Shown in pieces: positions 14,243 through 25,159 of a DNA stretch of 64,000 nt. A program made the translations under genes and the position numbers. The notes beneath the pieces are model-generated. The model saw only the letters and a program-made list of their open reading frames with translations, was not told the DNA's origin and made no database searches. Each line of letters begins with the position of its first letter. Position 1 is the first letter of the stretch. This DNA is from the human T2T-CHM13v2.0 reference genome, Homo sapiens: assembly GCF_009914755.1 (NCBI RefSeq), contig NC_060948.1. One strand, given 5' to 3'.

Positions 14243-14790
14243 TGTTAGATATGAGTTCTAAATTTCTCTTCAAAGAGTCAATATGTCTGTATGTTCAATT
14301 CTTTGCCTTCTACTTTTAAACTTAACTTCCTCATAAAGCAACCTTTGTGGATCACCTGCTCCACCCTCATTCTGATTACTGCTCCACCCTGACTCATTCT
14401 GATTGCCTGCACCACCCTAACTCATTCCGATTTCCTGCTCCACCCTAACTAATTCCGATTACCTGATCTGCCCTGACTCATTCTCCACCCTGACTCATTT
14501 GATTTCCTGCTCTGCCATAACCATTTTTCCCGCCAAATCATTTACCCTGTCACTCTCTTTAAATTAGCCAATAGGAATTAGTTTTGCCTGTGAGGTCTAA
14601 CCCTAGCCCATAGGGCAGCAGGGGCCATGTGTGTCAGGAATAAGTCCCTTATTCAGGTGTGCACTCACAACTGCTCCATCTGTGAGGGCACACCCTTCTA
14701 TAAAAGTAAATTGCCTTGCTGAGAAGAAAAAAAGAAAATTTTATATTCAAGTGCTATTTCTTTTGTGGCACTGAAACTTAACTTATAACA
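14243..14790 (+). mobile_element. Solo LTR10 (LTR10F-like, HERV-I/HERVIP10 family)
   Basis: TGTTAGATATGAGTTCTAAATTTC start and ...TATAACA end; flanks TAAT/TTAT form a near-TSD; CCAAT, TATAAAA and AGTAAA signals. Confidence 0.88.
14350..14515 (+). repeat. LTR10 ~28-bp tandem array with AP-1 motifs
   Basis: Units ccaccctgactcattc(c/t)gatt(a/t)cctgct; perfect TGACTCA at 14390, 14474 and 14491. Confidence 0.88.
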
Positions 14791-15360
14791 TTATCATTTT
14801 AATACATTAATAGATTCATTTTGCTAGTCTTTTGTAGAGGATTTTTGCATTTATGTTCATCAGGAATACTGACCTGTAGTTTCTTCTTGTGCCATTGCCT
14901 GGTTTAAAATCAGAGTGATATTGGCCTCACAGAATGAGTTACAAAGAATTCCCTCCTCCTCATTTTTTTGCAATAGTTTCTGAAAGATTAGTACTAGTTA
15001 TTTTTTGTATGTTTGTCAGATTTTGGCTGTGAATCCATATGATCCTAGGCTTTTTTTGTCAAAAGATTTTGCTATTATTGATTCAATCTTGCTACTCCTT
15101 ACTGTCTGTTCAGAAGTTCTATTTCTTCCTGGTTAAATCTTGGGAGGTTGTGTACCTTGAGGGATTTATCCATTTCCTCCAGGTTTTCTAGTTTGTGAGT
15201 ACACATTCATTCATAACAATCTCTGATGACCTTCTGACCTTTTTTATTTCTGTGTTATCAATTGTGATCTCTTTTATCATCTCTGATTGTGCTTATTTGG
15301 ATCCTCTCTATTCTTTCCTTCATTAGTCTAGCTAGTGGTTTTTATCAATTTTGTTTATAA

Positions 15361-15640
15361 GGCTGGAGTGCAATGTGGCTCATGCCTGTAATACTGGTCC
15401 TTTGGGAGGCCCAGGTGGGCAGATCAATTGTCCTCTAGACCAGCCCAGACAACATGGTGAAACTCCATCTCTAACAAAAATACAAAAAAAAAAAAAAAAT
15501 TAACTGGGCATGGTGGCATGTGCCTGGGGTTTCAGCTATGCAGGAGGCTGAGGTGGAAGGATGGCTTGAGCCTGGGAGAGAGGTGGAGGTTGCAGTGAGC
15601 AGAGTTTGTGCCACTATGCTCCAACCGGGTTGACAGAGGG
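15361..15640 (+). mobile_element. AluJ-like element
   Basis: Diverged dimer. Confidence 0.9.
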
Positions 15641-15679
15641 ATTTTTTTTGGTTTATATTTTTGAACAGCCTAAAAACAT

Positions 15680-16970
15680 GGCTATTTTGAAAAAATGGTG
15701 TTGACAAACCTTTAACTAGACTAAAAGAAAAGGAAAAAAGACCAATACAAATAAAATAAGAGAGGAAAAAAAAGAGATTATAACTGAAACCACAGAAATT
15801 CAAGGGATCATTCACAGGCTTCTATGAACTGTGTACCAACAACATGGAAAACCTGTAGAAAATAATTAAGTTTTTGGACATATATAATCTACCAAGATTA
15901 AATCATAAAGAGAGAGAAATCCCAAACAGATCCATAAATTGTAGCAAGATTGAAGCAGTAATAAAAAGTCTCCCATTAAAGAAAAGCCAGGACCTGATGA
16001 TTGCACTACAGGATTCTACCAAATATTTTGAGAAGAATTAACATCACTTCTACTCAAGCTACTTCAAAAAAATTAAAGATGAGAGAATTTCTCCAAACTC
16101 ATTCAATGAGGCTAACATCCTGCTATCAAAATCAGAACACAAACACACAGATGCGTGCACACACAAATTTCCCTGATGAACACATCCAAAACTCCTTAAA
16201 AAATACTAGCAAACTGAGTTCTGCAATACTACAAAAAGATCATTCAACATGATCTTTTTCGTCATCATAATCTCCCCAAAAGAGGACTCATCTACTGCAT
16301 GCAGCAATGGTTCAAACAAAAAAAAAAGTAATAAATGTGATTGACGCATCACATTAAAAGAGTCAAGAACAAACACCATGTAACTGCTTTAACAGATACC
16401 AAACGGAGAAATTCAAAGATTTTGTCCTCAAAGATCTGGAAAAAGTCAAGGATGCCCACTTTTATTCAACATAGTGCAGAAAAGTCATAGCCAGAGAAAT
16501 TATGGAAAGAGAAATAAAACCCATTCAAATGATTAAAAAATAATCAAATTATCCTTATTCACAGAAGACGTGAACGTACAGAAAAACCTAAACGCTCCCC
16601 CCAAAATACTGTAGAAATTCATAAACAAATGCAGTTATGTTGCACAAAATGAAATCAACATGTAAAAATTACCATTTACATACAGCAATAGCAAATAACC
16701 TGAAAAAGATCAAGGAAGCAATTCCATTTACAACAGCTCCAAAAATAAAATACCTAGAAATAAATATTACTGAACTCAAAGATTTCCACAATGAAAACTA
16801 AAGGCATTGATGAAGGAAACTGAAAAAGATACACAAAATTAAAAAAATTTCCACATTCACCCAAAATAATCTACAGACTCAATGTAGTGCCTATCAAAAT
16901 ACCAATGACGGTCTTCACAAAAATAGAAAACAAAATTCTAAAATTTGTATACAACCACAAAGATCATGAA
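15680..16970 (+). mobile_element. Old L1 ORF2 segment (L1MA-like) with internal deletions
   Basis: aaagccaggacctgatg, caaggatgcccactt and atcaaaataccaatgac ORF2 motifs. Confidence 0.8.
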
Positions 16971-17169
16971 GTGTCAGATCAGTCTGGCTCTGCCCAGCAT
17001 TATCCCCCCTCCCATTTCTGAAAATGAAGATGTCAAGGGACCTAGGAATTGTATAACACAATTCACTATTTGAGGAATCCAAGTATTCCCCCTGGGGCAC
17101 AGTTTAGGTATAAACACACTTCCACTACTAACTATCTCCAGCAGTTGCCTACCTATAAGCTCCACCTAC

Positions 17170-19869
17170 AGGCCTGAAGTCCAGGTCACACAGCCAGCTG
17201 CAATCACTGACAACACAAGTGCACAAACACAGGAAGCAGAACATACTACCGATGCTAGTATCACTGCACACACTACACTGACCACCTAGGGGCTCAGAAA
17301 CTCATTTACCCACCCAATCCACTGCTACCACACTGGCATCTAAGAAGTCCACCCAGAGGCCCACCACGTGGTCCACCTGGAATTGCCAATACAGATGCTG
17401 GCAAACAATGTCGTAGGCAAAAGGATGTTAACAACAAGCACACCACTGAGACCAGTGAAACCTGACTACAGGCCTAACTGGCACTGCAGTTTCCAGCAAA
17501 TTTCTCCACAGCCTCCATTAGTAACCACATCCTAGTATACCAAGGAAACCACAGGTACCATTAAGGGTATATACTGCCAAATAAATCAGAGACTTCACTG
17601 CTGCCCTTACCCAGACACAAAGCCAAAGGGCTCTACCCAATCAACATCACAAACCCACCTTCAGGATAAAGTCCCCACACAACAAAAGTAAATTCAATAG
17701 GCAAAAGCAACTGTTATACAGATATCAACCTAAAGACACAGGAAACATGAAAAAGCAAAGAAATATGACACTACTAAAAGAAAACTATAGATTTGAGGCA
17801 AAAAGACATTCAAGATCCTAAAGAAAGAATCTGAATGTTGTTTTCAAGGAAACTCAATGAGACGCAAGAGAAAATTCAAAACCAATATAAAGCACCCAGA
17901 AAAACAATTCAGGATGTGAATGAGGAATTGATAATCAAGGAAAAAGATTTAAAGAAAGCAAAACAAAACAAAAAATTCTGGAATTGAAAATTTCATTAAA
18001 GGAAATATTAAATACATTCAAAAGTTCCAACACTAGACTAAACCAGGCAGAAAAAAAAAATCTCAGTACTTCAGATGGGTCTTTGAAATAATCAATCAAT
18101 CAATCAATAAAATAAAAAGAATGAACAAAGCCTTTGAGACATTTCGGACAACAAAAAGTGACAAAATTTATGGACCACTGCTATCTACGAGCAGAGACAT
18201 CAAAGGGTTTAGCAAACCTATTACAAAATAGTAGATGAAAACGTCCCATGTCTAACAAGAGATTTAGACTTCTAGATACAGACGGCTCAACAATCCACAC
18301 ACAAACAGATAAAACACAAACAGTTCTTTGCAATGACACATTATAATCAAACTCAAAAGGCAAAGTGAAAATGAAACTAAAAACAGGAAGAGAATATCAC
18401 CTGGTCATGTGTAAATAAATCTACATCAAACAAATAGCATGCTTCTGAGTAGAAACTTCACAAGATAGAAGAGAATGGGTATATTCCAAGTACTGAAGGG
18501 AAAAAATCTGAGAAGAAAAATATACCCAGCAAGACTTATCTACATAAATGAAACAAAATCTTCCCTCAAAAAGGAGACGCTGAGAACATTCATCACTAAT
18601 TGCCTAGCCTAACATATGCTTAAAGTAGCCAGAGGCTTGGAAAAGAAAGAATAACATTTACCATCATGAAAACACAAGAAAGTATAAAACTAACTGGTTG
18701 AAGCAATCAAACAAAAAGGAAGTGTGATGAATCAAAGGGAATCATTACAGAATTCCACACTGGCAAACAGACAATAGAAAGAAAATTTCACAGAACTAGA
18801 AAACAATTTACAATATGATAGGAACAAAACCTCACATATCAATAATAACCTAAAATATAGACAGATAAAGTATTCTACTTGAAAAATACAGATTGACTTA
18901 AGAAACTGTATTTTACTTTACTTTTTCAGACAGTCTCACTCTGTAATCCAGGCTGGAATGCAGTGATGTGACTTCAGCTCACTGCCACCCCCACCTCTCA
19001 GGTTAAAACAATTCTCCGGCCTCAGCCTCCCAAGTAGCTGGGACTCAGGCACGCACCACCATACTCAGCTAATTTTTGCATTTTTAGTAGAGATGAGTTT
19101 TCATCATGTTGGCCAGGCTGGTCTCAAACTCCTGGCCTCAAGTGATCTACCCTCCTTGCCCTCCCAACGTAGGCCAGTGCGCCTGGCCTAAGACTGGTTG
19201 AAGAGATTTTAAAACATGATCCAACTAACTGCTGCTTACAAGAAATTTACCTTACATGGAAAGGTTCATATAAACATAGGTATGGCATGGAAAATGATAT
19301 TCAATAAAACCAGAAACCAAAAGTGAGCAAGAGTAGGTATCATTGTATCAGATAAAAGAGACAAGTCAAAAGGATAAAACACACATTAAAAGACATTTTA
19401 TAATGATAACAGAATCAATTTAGCCAGAGGATATAACAATTTTAAATATATGCACCCATCACTCCAGCACTCAGATTCATAAAACAAATATTACTAGACC
19501 CAAAGGGACATATATCTCAATACATTAAGAGTAGGGGAGGGATATCAACGCCTCACTCACAGCATTAAACAAATCATTTAGAGAAATCAACAAAAAGATT
19601 GGACTTAAACTGGACTTCAGGCCAAATGAACATAAAAAATTACAGAACATTCTATCCAACAACTGTAGAACATACATTCTTTTCATCTGCACATGGAACA
19701 TTCTCCAAGACAGACCACATATCAGGATACAAAGAAGTTCTAATACATATTTAAACAATGAAACTATATGAAATAACATCTCAGACCATACTGGAATACA
19801 ACTAGAAATCAATACAAGAGAAATGCTGGAAACTATACAACTACATATAAAACAGCATGGACCTGAATC
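17170..19869 (+). mobile_element. Old L1 (5'UTR end, ORF1, ORF2 endonuclease); host of the provirus, resuming at 28327
   Basis: ORF2 motifs cacatggaacattctccaagacagaccac; host reads cctgaat|...|atgatcactgggtcaac across the ERV. Confidence 0.85.
18911..19188 (-). mobile_element. AluS
   Basis: Reverse-strand dimer. Confidence 0.92.
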
Positions 19870-20377
19870 TGTGGAAGGAAAATAAAATAAAATAAATAAT
19901 AATAAAGTTGAAAATAATAAACATAACATAGATAATAGTTAACATTAAGTGTGGTTATTTAGAAGTTATACATAGGCTAAGAAATTTAAGCAGCCCCTCC
20001 CAGCATTGCTAACAGGTTGCAGCTGCGAGCTTATCTCAACCTTCCAAGCTTATTGCCTGCCTCCAGACCCCCCGCACATTCCTGTCGTTCCTGTTTTCCC
20101 TTACCCCAGCTCTGTCCAGCTTCGAGCCTGACTGGTCAAGATAACTAAATTGTAAGCTTTCTCAGAATTGTCACAGGTTAAATAATTTACTGTCTTTGTC
20201 TGAAACCGGTATCCTGCCTTGTTTTCCCGCCTCAAACAACATGTAAGCAAGCCTGCATTCTTTGTCAGGGTCGGCAGCCATTTTGGGCGTGAGCCTACTG
20301 GCTCAGGTGCCTCAATTAAAGTTGTTTTTGGTCTCCAAAGGTCTCTTTGTCTTCTTTGGCTGAGTTTTACTGCGACA
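19870..20377 (+). repeat. 5' LTR
   Basis: TGTGGAAGG...TTTTACTGCGACA; direct repeat of 27825-28326. Confidence 0.93.
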
Positions 20378-20380
20378 TTT

Positions 20381-20398
20381 TGGAGAGTTCGACAAGAG
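20381..20398 (+). other. Degenerate primer-binding site (tRNA-Arg-like)
   Basis: TGGAGAGTTCGACAAGAG 3 nt after the LTR; 12/18 match to TGGCGAGCCAGCCAGGAG. Confidence 0.5.
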
Positions 20399-21254
20399 GA
20401 GAGAGAGGACAAGCTACTGTCTCCTTTGACTGTGGGACTTGGGCCCCGGGGTCGGGGGAGACCCAGTTCTTAGGCGCGCCGACCGAAGAGTTTTCCAAAA
20501 AAGGGCTGGGTTCTCCCACATCCCAAGGCCCTGCCCCTGATAGCGCAGGAAGGAGACCGCAAGACAACTTTCAGCGCAGTGAAAAGGAATCACGGTAAGA
20601 AAAGAGGGCCCTACAGAGTAAGAAAGGGTGCCTTACAGGGACAGACACAAATCGTGCCCTACCAGGCGGGTGGGGCACTGATCACCACTCAAGGGTTGTC
20701 TATTAGCCTAACCCAGAAGGTGAATGGGGGCGGTGAGGAAAGGACCTCACCACTCATGTGACATTCAGCCCTGAAGCCGGCAGCAGGGTAGAGCCTGCTG
20801 AGCCGGAGGGAGCAAAGAGAAAGTGAAACCGTGAAGTCACCAGTGTGAGTGAACTGTCCCAACTGGGAGTGTGTGGGTACGTGTGAACCCACCCAGGACA
20901 CGAGACAGACTCGTTTCATCTGATGAGGAGTCCTGGGGACAGGAGTTGTGTACGAATGTGTGTGAATGTGGGAGCCTAACTAGGCTCATCAGCTGTGAAG
21001 CGTGGGGGCCGCAAGTCTGTTAGAGTGGACTGTATGCTGTGAGTGAAATGTTGGACCCAGGACGACTAGAGGCGAACTTCCTTTGGGGCTACCGCATACA
21101 GCTGAGGGAGGTGGCCCCACAGTCTAGGTATTGTGGCAGAGAGTAACAAACTCTCCAAAGTCAAGCGGGGTCTGGCGTCTGAAACACCCCCACGAGGGAG
21201 ACAGTCTAATCGGTCCGAAATGAAAGTGAGGGTCATTGCGTCGTGCGGGAAGAA

Positions 21255-21671
21255 ATGGGAGGAAAAGAACCTAAGGAATTAACCCCCACTCCTTTGGAGT
21301 GCATGCTAAAGAATTTCAAGGAGGGATTTTCTGGGGAATATGGAGTAAAGCTGACCCCCGCCAAAGGTTAAGAACTCTTTGTGTAATAGAATAGCCTAGT
21401 TTGGGCATTGGTTGGCCGCCAGAGGGCACCCTTGTTTGGAAAATCACCAGCAGGGTGTTTCAAATAATAACAGGGGCAACAGATCAGCATGGACACCCAG
21501 ATCAATTTCCATATATTGATTCCTGGTTAAATATAATCCAAAATTGCCCTAAATGGCTAGGAATCTGCATGGCTGAATATTGTAAGACCCTAGTCGCCCG
21601 AACTGGTCCAAAAGGGATCAAAAAGACAGTATCATGCAAGCCTTTAGAGAAGGAAACTAGGAAGCAAAAGA

Positions 21672-21712
<41 letters not shown>

Positions 21713-22586
21713 CTTACAGGCTCCTTTGGAGAAGCTAGAGAATCCTTCTCCATATGCCCTTCTCTACCCATCCTTAGCAAGGCTCAGATAAGAGGAAGGG
21801 CAATTGTCTCCTGAAGAAACAAGCTCAGAAAGTAGCGGGGCATCTCCACAGCAGGAAGAAGCTGCATCCTTGCCACCTAAGACTAGGAGGGAAAAACAGG
21901 ATGAAGAGGCAGGGCAGGGCGTCTTAGGTCCAGTGGTTCCCGAGCTCTGCAAATGCCGCTCAGAGAGACGTGGGCACAAATCTACCTTGATGATCAAGGG
22001 TACAAGGTGGAGAACAAACTTACTCTTATCTCCCCTTCTCCACTACTGACCTTTTAAACTGGAAACATCATAACCCATCATACACAGAAAAGCCACAAGC
22101 AATAATTGATACGAGAATAATCTTTTCGACTCATAGTCCTACCTGGCCAGACTATCAGCAATTATTAGTAGTTTATTTAGCACAGAAGGAAGGCACAGAG
22201 TGGTGCAAGCAGCCCTCCAATGGCTAGAAAACAATGCCCCTGAATGCATAAATGATTCCAGGCAGTATGCGGAAGCTCAGTTCCCTGACACTGATCCAAA
22301 TTGGGTCCCAAACAACCCTGATCATTTAGAATGCCTACAGAGGTATGTGGATGCACTCCTAAATGGGGTAAAGTCAGAGGGAAGAAAAGCAATGAACATA
22401 GGAAAAGTTTCAGAAGTCCTCCAAAAGCCCGATCAGAGTCCCAGCCAGTTCTAAGAGCAGCTGTGTGAAACCTACTGGCTCTACATCTGACCCACAGGCA
22501 GCTGATAACCAGAAAATGGTAAATACTGCCTTCGTTAGCCAGTCACAAAGTGACATCAAAAAAAAAGCTCCAAAAATTAGAAGGAT
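21255..22586 (+). pseudogene. gag: ERV gag pseudogene (MA and CA only, frameshifted)
   Basis: MGGKEPK start, GWPPEGT, HPDQFPYIDSW, WKHHNPSYTEKP, MHR QKPDQSPSQF, KLQKLEG. Confidence 0.88.
21674..21711 (+). repeat. (CA)n microsatellite inside gag
   Basis: Direct reading. Confidence 0.95.
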
Positions 22587-24935
22587 TGCCAAAGAGGCAT
22601 GGAGGAACTCCTCAGTGTCTTAATGAATGCTGGATATAAAATTTCAGAAAAAAAAAAAAAAGGTTTGCATCTGTTGTCCTAAAGTTAAATATTTAGGTTT
22701 TATAATAAGCAAAGGACAAAAGAAGCTTGGTAGTGAGCGGAAAGAGGCCATGTGTACACTCCCTACAGGTACCACAGGGCGCCAAATCAGAATTCTTAGG
22801 TGCAGCAGGGTTCTGCCGCATTTGGATCCCAAGTTTCTCACTTTTAGCTGAGGCTCTATATAAAGCTACAAAGGGGGTTAAGAAAGAGTCCCTCTTCTGG
22901 GAGACGGATCAAGCAAAAGCATTAAAAAAAATCAAAAAGGCCTTAACATAGGCTCCCAGATCAGACTAAACCTTTCTTCTTCTACGTGGATGAAAGAACA
23001 GGGACAGTAGTAGGAATTTTAACACAAATGCTAGGATCATGGCATAGACCTGTGGCCTATTTATCTAAACAACTAGACACAGTGGCATTAGGCTGGACAC
23101 ACTGCTTTAAAGCAGTTAACGGCAACTACCTTGCTGGCCCAGGAGGCTGGCAAATTAACACTAGGACAGAAGTTAACTTTCAGGTGCCACACACCGTAAT
23201 AACCCTGTTAGACCAGAGGGGGAATCACTGGTTGTCTATCCAAGAATTGCTAAATATCAAAGACTGTTACTTGAAAATCCTAATATAACTGTAGAAATAG
23301 GGAATACCCTAAATCCAGCTACCTTGCTGCCTACAGAAGAATCAAAAGAATTCCCATCACATTGTTGTAAGGATGTAGTAGATAAAGTGTTTTCAAGCAG
23401 GAAAGACTTAAAAGATCAGCCTTTTGAAAACTCAGACCTAGACTATTTAACAGATGTAGCAGCTTCATTTCAGACGGAGTTTACAGAGCCAGGTATGCAG
23501 TAGTGATAAATGATTTTAAGTCAGGTGAGGGAACAGTAGTAGAAGCACAGTCACTGCCAACTAGATCCTCTGCTCAAAAGGCTGAGCTGATTGCTTTAAC
23601 AAGAGCCTTATTACCAGCAAAAGGGAGGATAGTTAATATCTATATTGATTCTAAATATGCTTTTGCTACCCTCTATGCTCATGGAGACATCTATAAAGAC
23701 AGAAGACTTCTAACAGCTGCAGGAAAAGAAGTCAAAAATAAAAAGGAGATCCCGCAACTCTTAGATGCTGTTTGGGCACCTAAAAAGGTGGCCATTATAC
23801 ATTGCAAAGGTCATCAAACAGATGGGTCCTATAAATCCATAGGAAATAGGCAGACAGACAAGCAAGGCAGGCAGCTATGGCAACCGCACCACAGGAAGAA
23901 GCTTTAATGTAAGTTACCTCTTTTCCCAAAACCATTACCTTTAGAATACAACTAGGCTCAACCCCATGAGAACCCGATGGTAGATTTTACTTAGTTACCC
24001 CATGTAAGAGGACTAAAGTATTTATTGGTCTTTGTATGCACCTATCCTGGGTGAGTAGCTTTCCCCACCCAATCTGAAAAGGCCCAAGAAGTAACGTGGG
24101 CATTACTAGCACATATTATCCCCAGGTTTGGGGTGCCTTTGACTATCGGGTCAGATAATGACCCAACATTTGTCGCTGAAGTTGTTCAAAACTTATCCCA
24201 ATTATTAAAACAAGATGGAAGCTGCACACTGCGCACCATCCCCAGAGTTCAGGACAAGTTGAAAGGATGAACCGGACAATAAAGCAACTGTTTAAAAAGT
24301 TCTGTCAAGAAACCCACCTAAAGTGGGATCTGGCTCTGTCCATGGTTCTCCTTTGAATCACATGCACCCCAAACAAGCAAACTGGATACTCACCCTATGA
24401 AATTCTGTTTGGAAGGCCTCCCCATCTTATTTTCCAAATTAAAGGAGATCTCAAAGAAGTACGGGAACTAACACTGAGAAAGCAAATGCAAGCTTTAGGT
24501 ACAGCCGTGAGAGAAGTTGCAAAGCTGGGTGCAAGAAGACTGCCAGTAGGCCTAACTAGCCCAGTTCACCCATACCAACAAACCCAGGGACTCTGGCTGG
24601 GTCAAAAACTGGTACCTATCCACATTAAGGCACATATGGAATGAGCCCTTTGTAGTAATCTTATCTACCCCCACTGCTGTTAAGGTTGCTGAAGTGCTTC
24701 CCTGGATCCATCATAGTGGGTTAGCCAGCTGCTGCCTAGGATGTGTGGACCAGCCAGCCAGACCCCGACCAACCCACCAAGCTAACTCTAAGATGAGGTG
24801 CCAACAGAGACCAAACCCAGACCAGCCGACCTCAGACCCAACTGTTAATGAAAAATCGCCAAGCCCTGCTGTAGTCACACAATAAGAAGCTGACTACTCT
24901 ACACATGACCAAAGCTTGAGGAGTGTTCAATAGAT
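22587..24935 (+). pseudogene. pol: ERV pol pseudogene (RT C-terminal half, RNase H, integrase core)
   Basis: GYKIS..KYLGFIIS, FLGAAGFCRIWIP, RPVAYLSKQLD, SAQKAELIALTRAL, DSKYAF, VDFT, SDND, HPQSSGQVERMNRTIK. Confidence 0.9.
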
Positions 24936-25159
24936 AAGTGGATATGGATAAGTAAGATATGGACTGATATTTCATAAGTAGATAAGTAAATAAGTAGATA
25001 AGTAAAGTAGTAAATAAGTAGATGAGTAAAGTAGATATGGACTGATATTTTAATACCTATTGCTCTTCTAGTAATATTTGCTGTACTATTGTTATACTGC
25101 CATTGTTGCCAACCCTTGCTTTCAGGAAGAAACATACCCTGCCTGTGCCTAGTGTGAAG

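Larger units (their letters stand above)
12541..15360 (-). mobile_element. Old L1 ORF2 segment (L1PB/L1MA-like), interrupted by LTR10
   Basis: ORF2 relics [21 protein letters not shown] and MHIKTTIRYHL on the minus strand. Confidence 0.87.

Noticed and set aside
14350-14515. CRISPR-like periodic repeats
   Set aside because: Eukaryotic DNA with no unique spacers; this is the LTR10 tandem array
16745-16775. Second AG|GT juxtaposition on the minus strand (TTTCTAG|GTATTT)
   Set aside because: Generic antisense L1 ORF2 sequence with a short pyrimidine tract and a weak donor
16975-17170. Non-L1 block ending ...CCACCTACA, possibly an LTR fragment on the minus strand
   Set aside because: Too short for me to assign a family
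20347-20919. ORFs in the ~880-bp ERV leader as a possible pre-gag gene
   Set aside because: Short, in different frames and with no recognisable motif; cannot be supported without a family alignment
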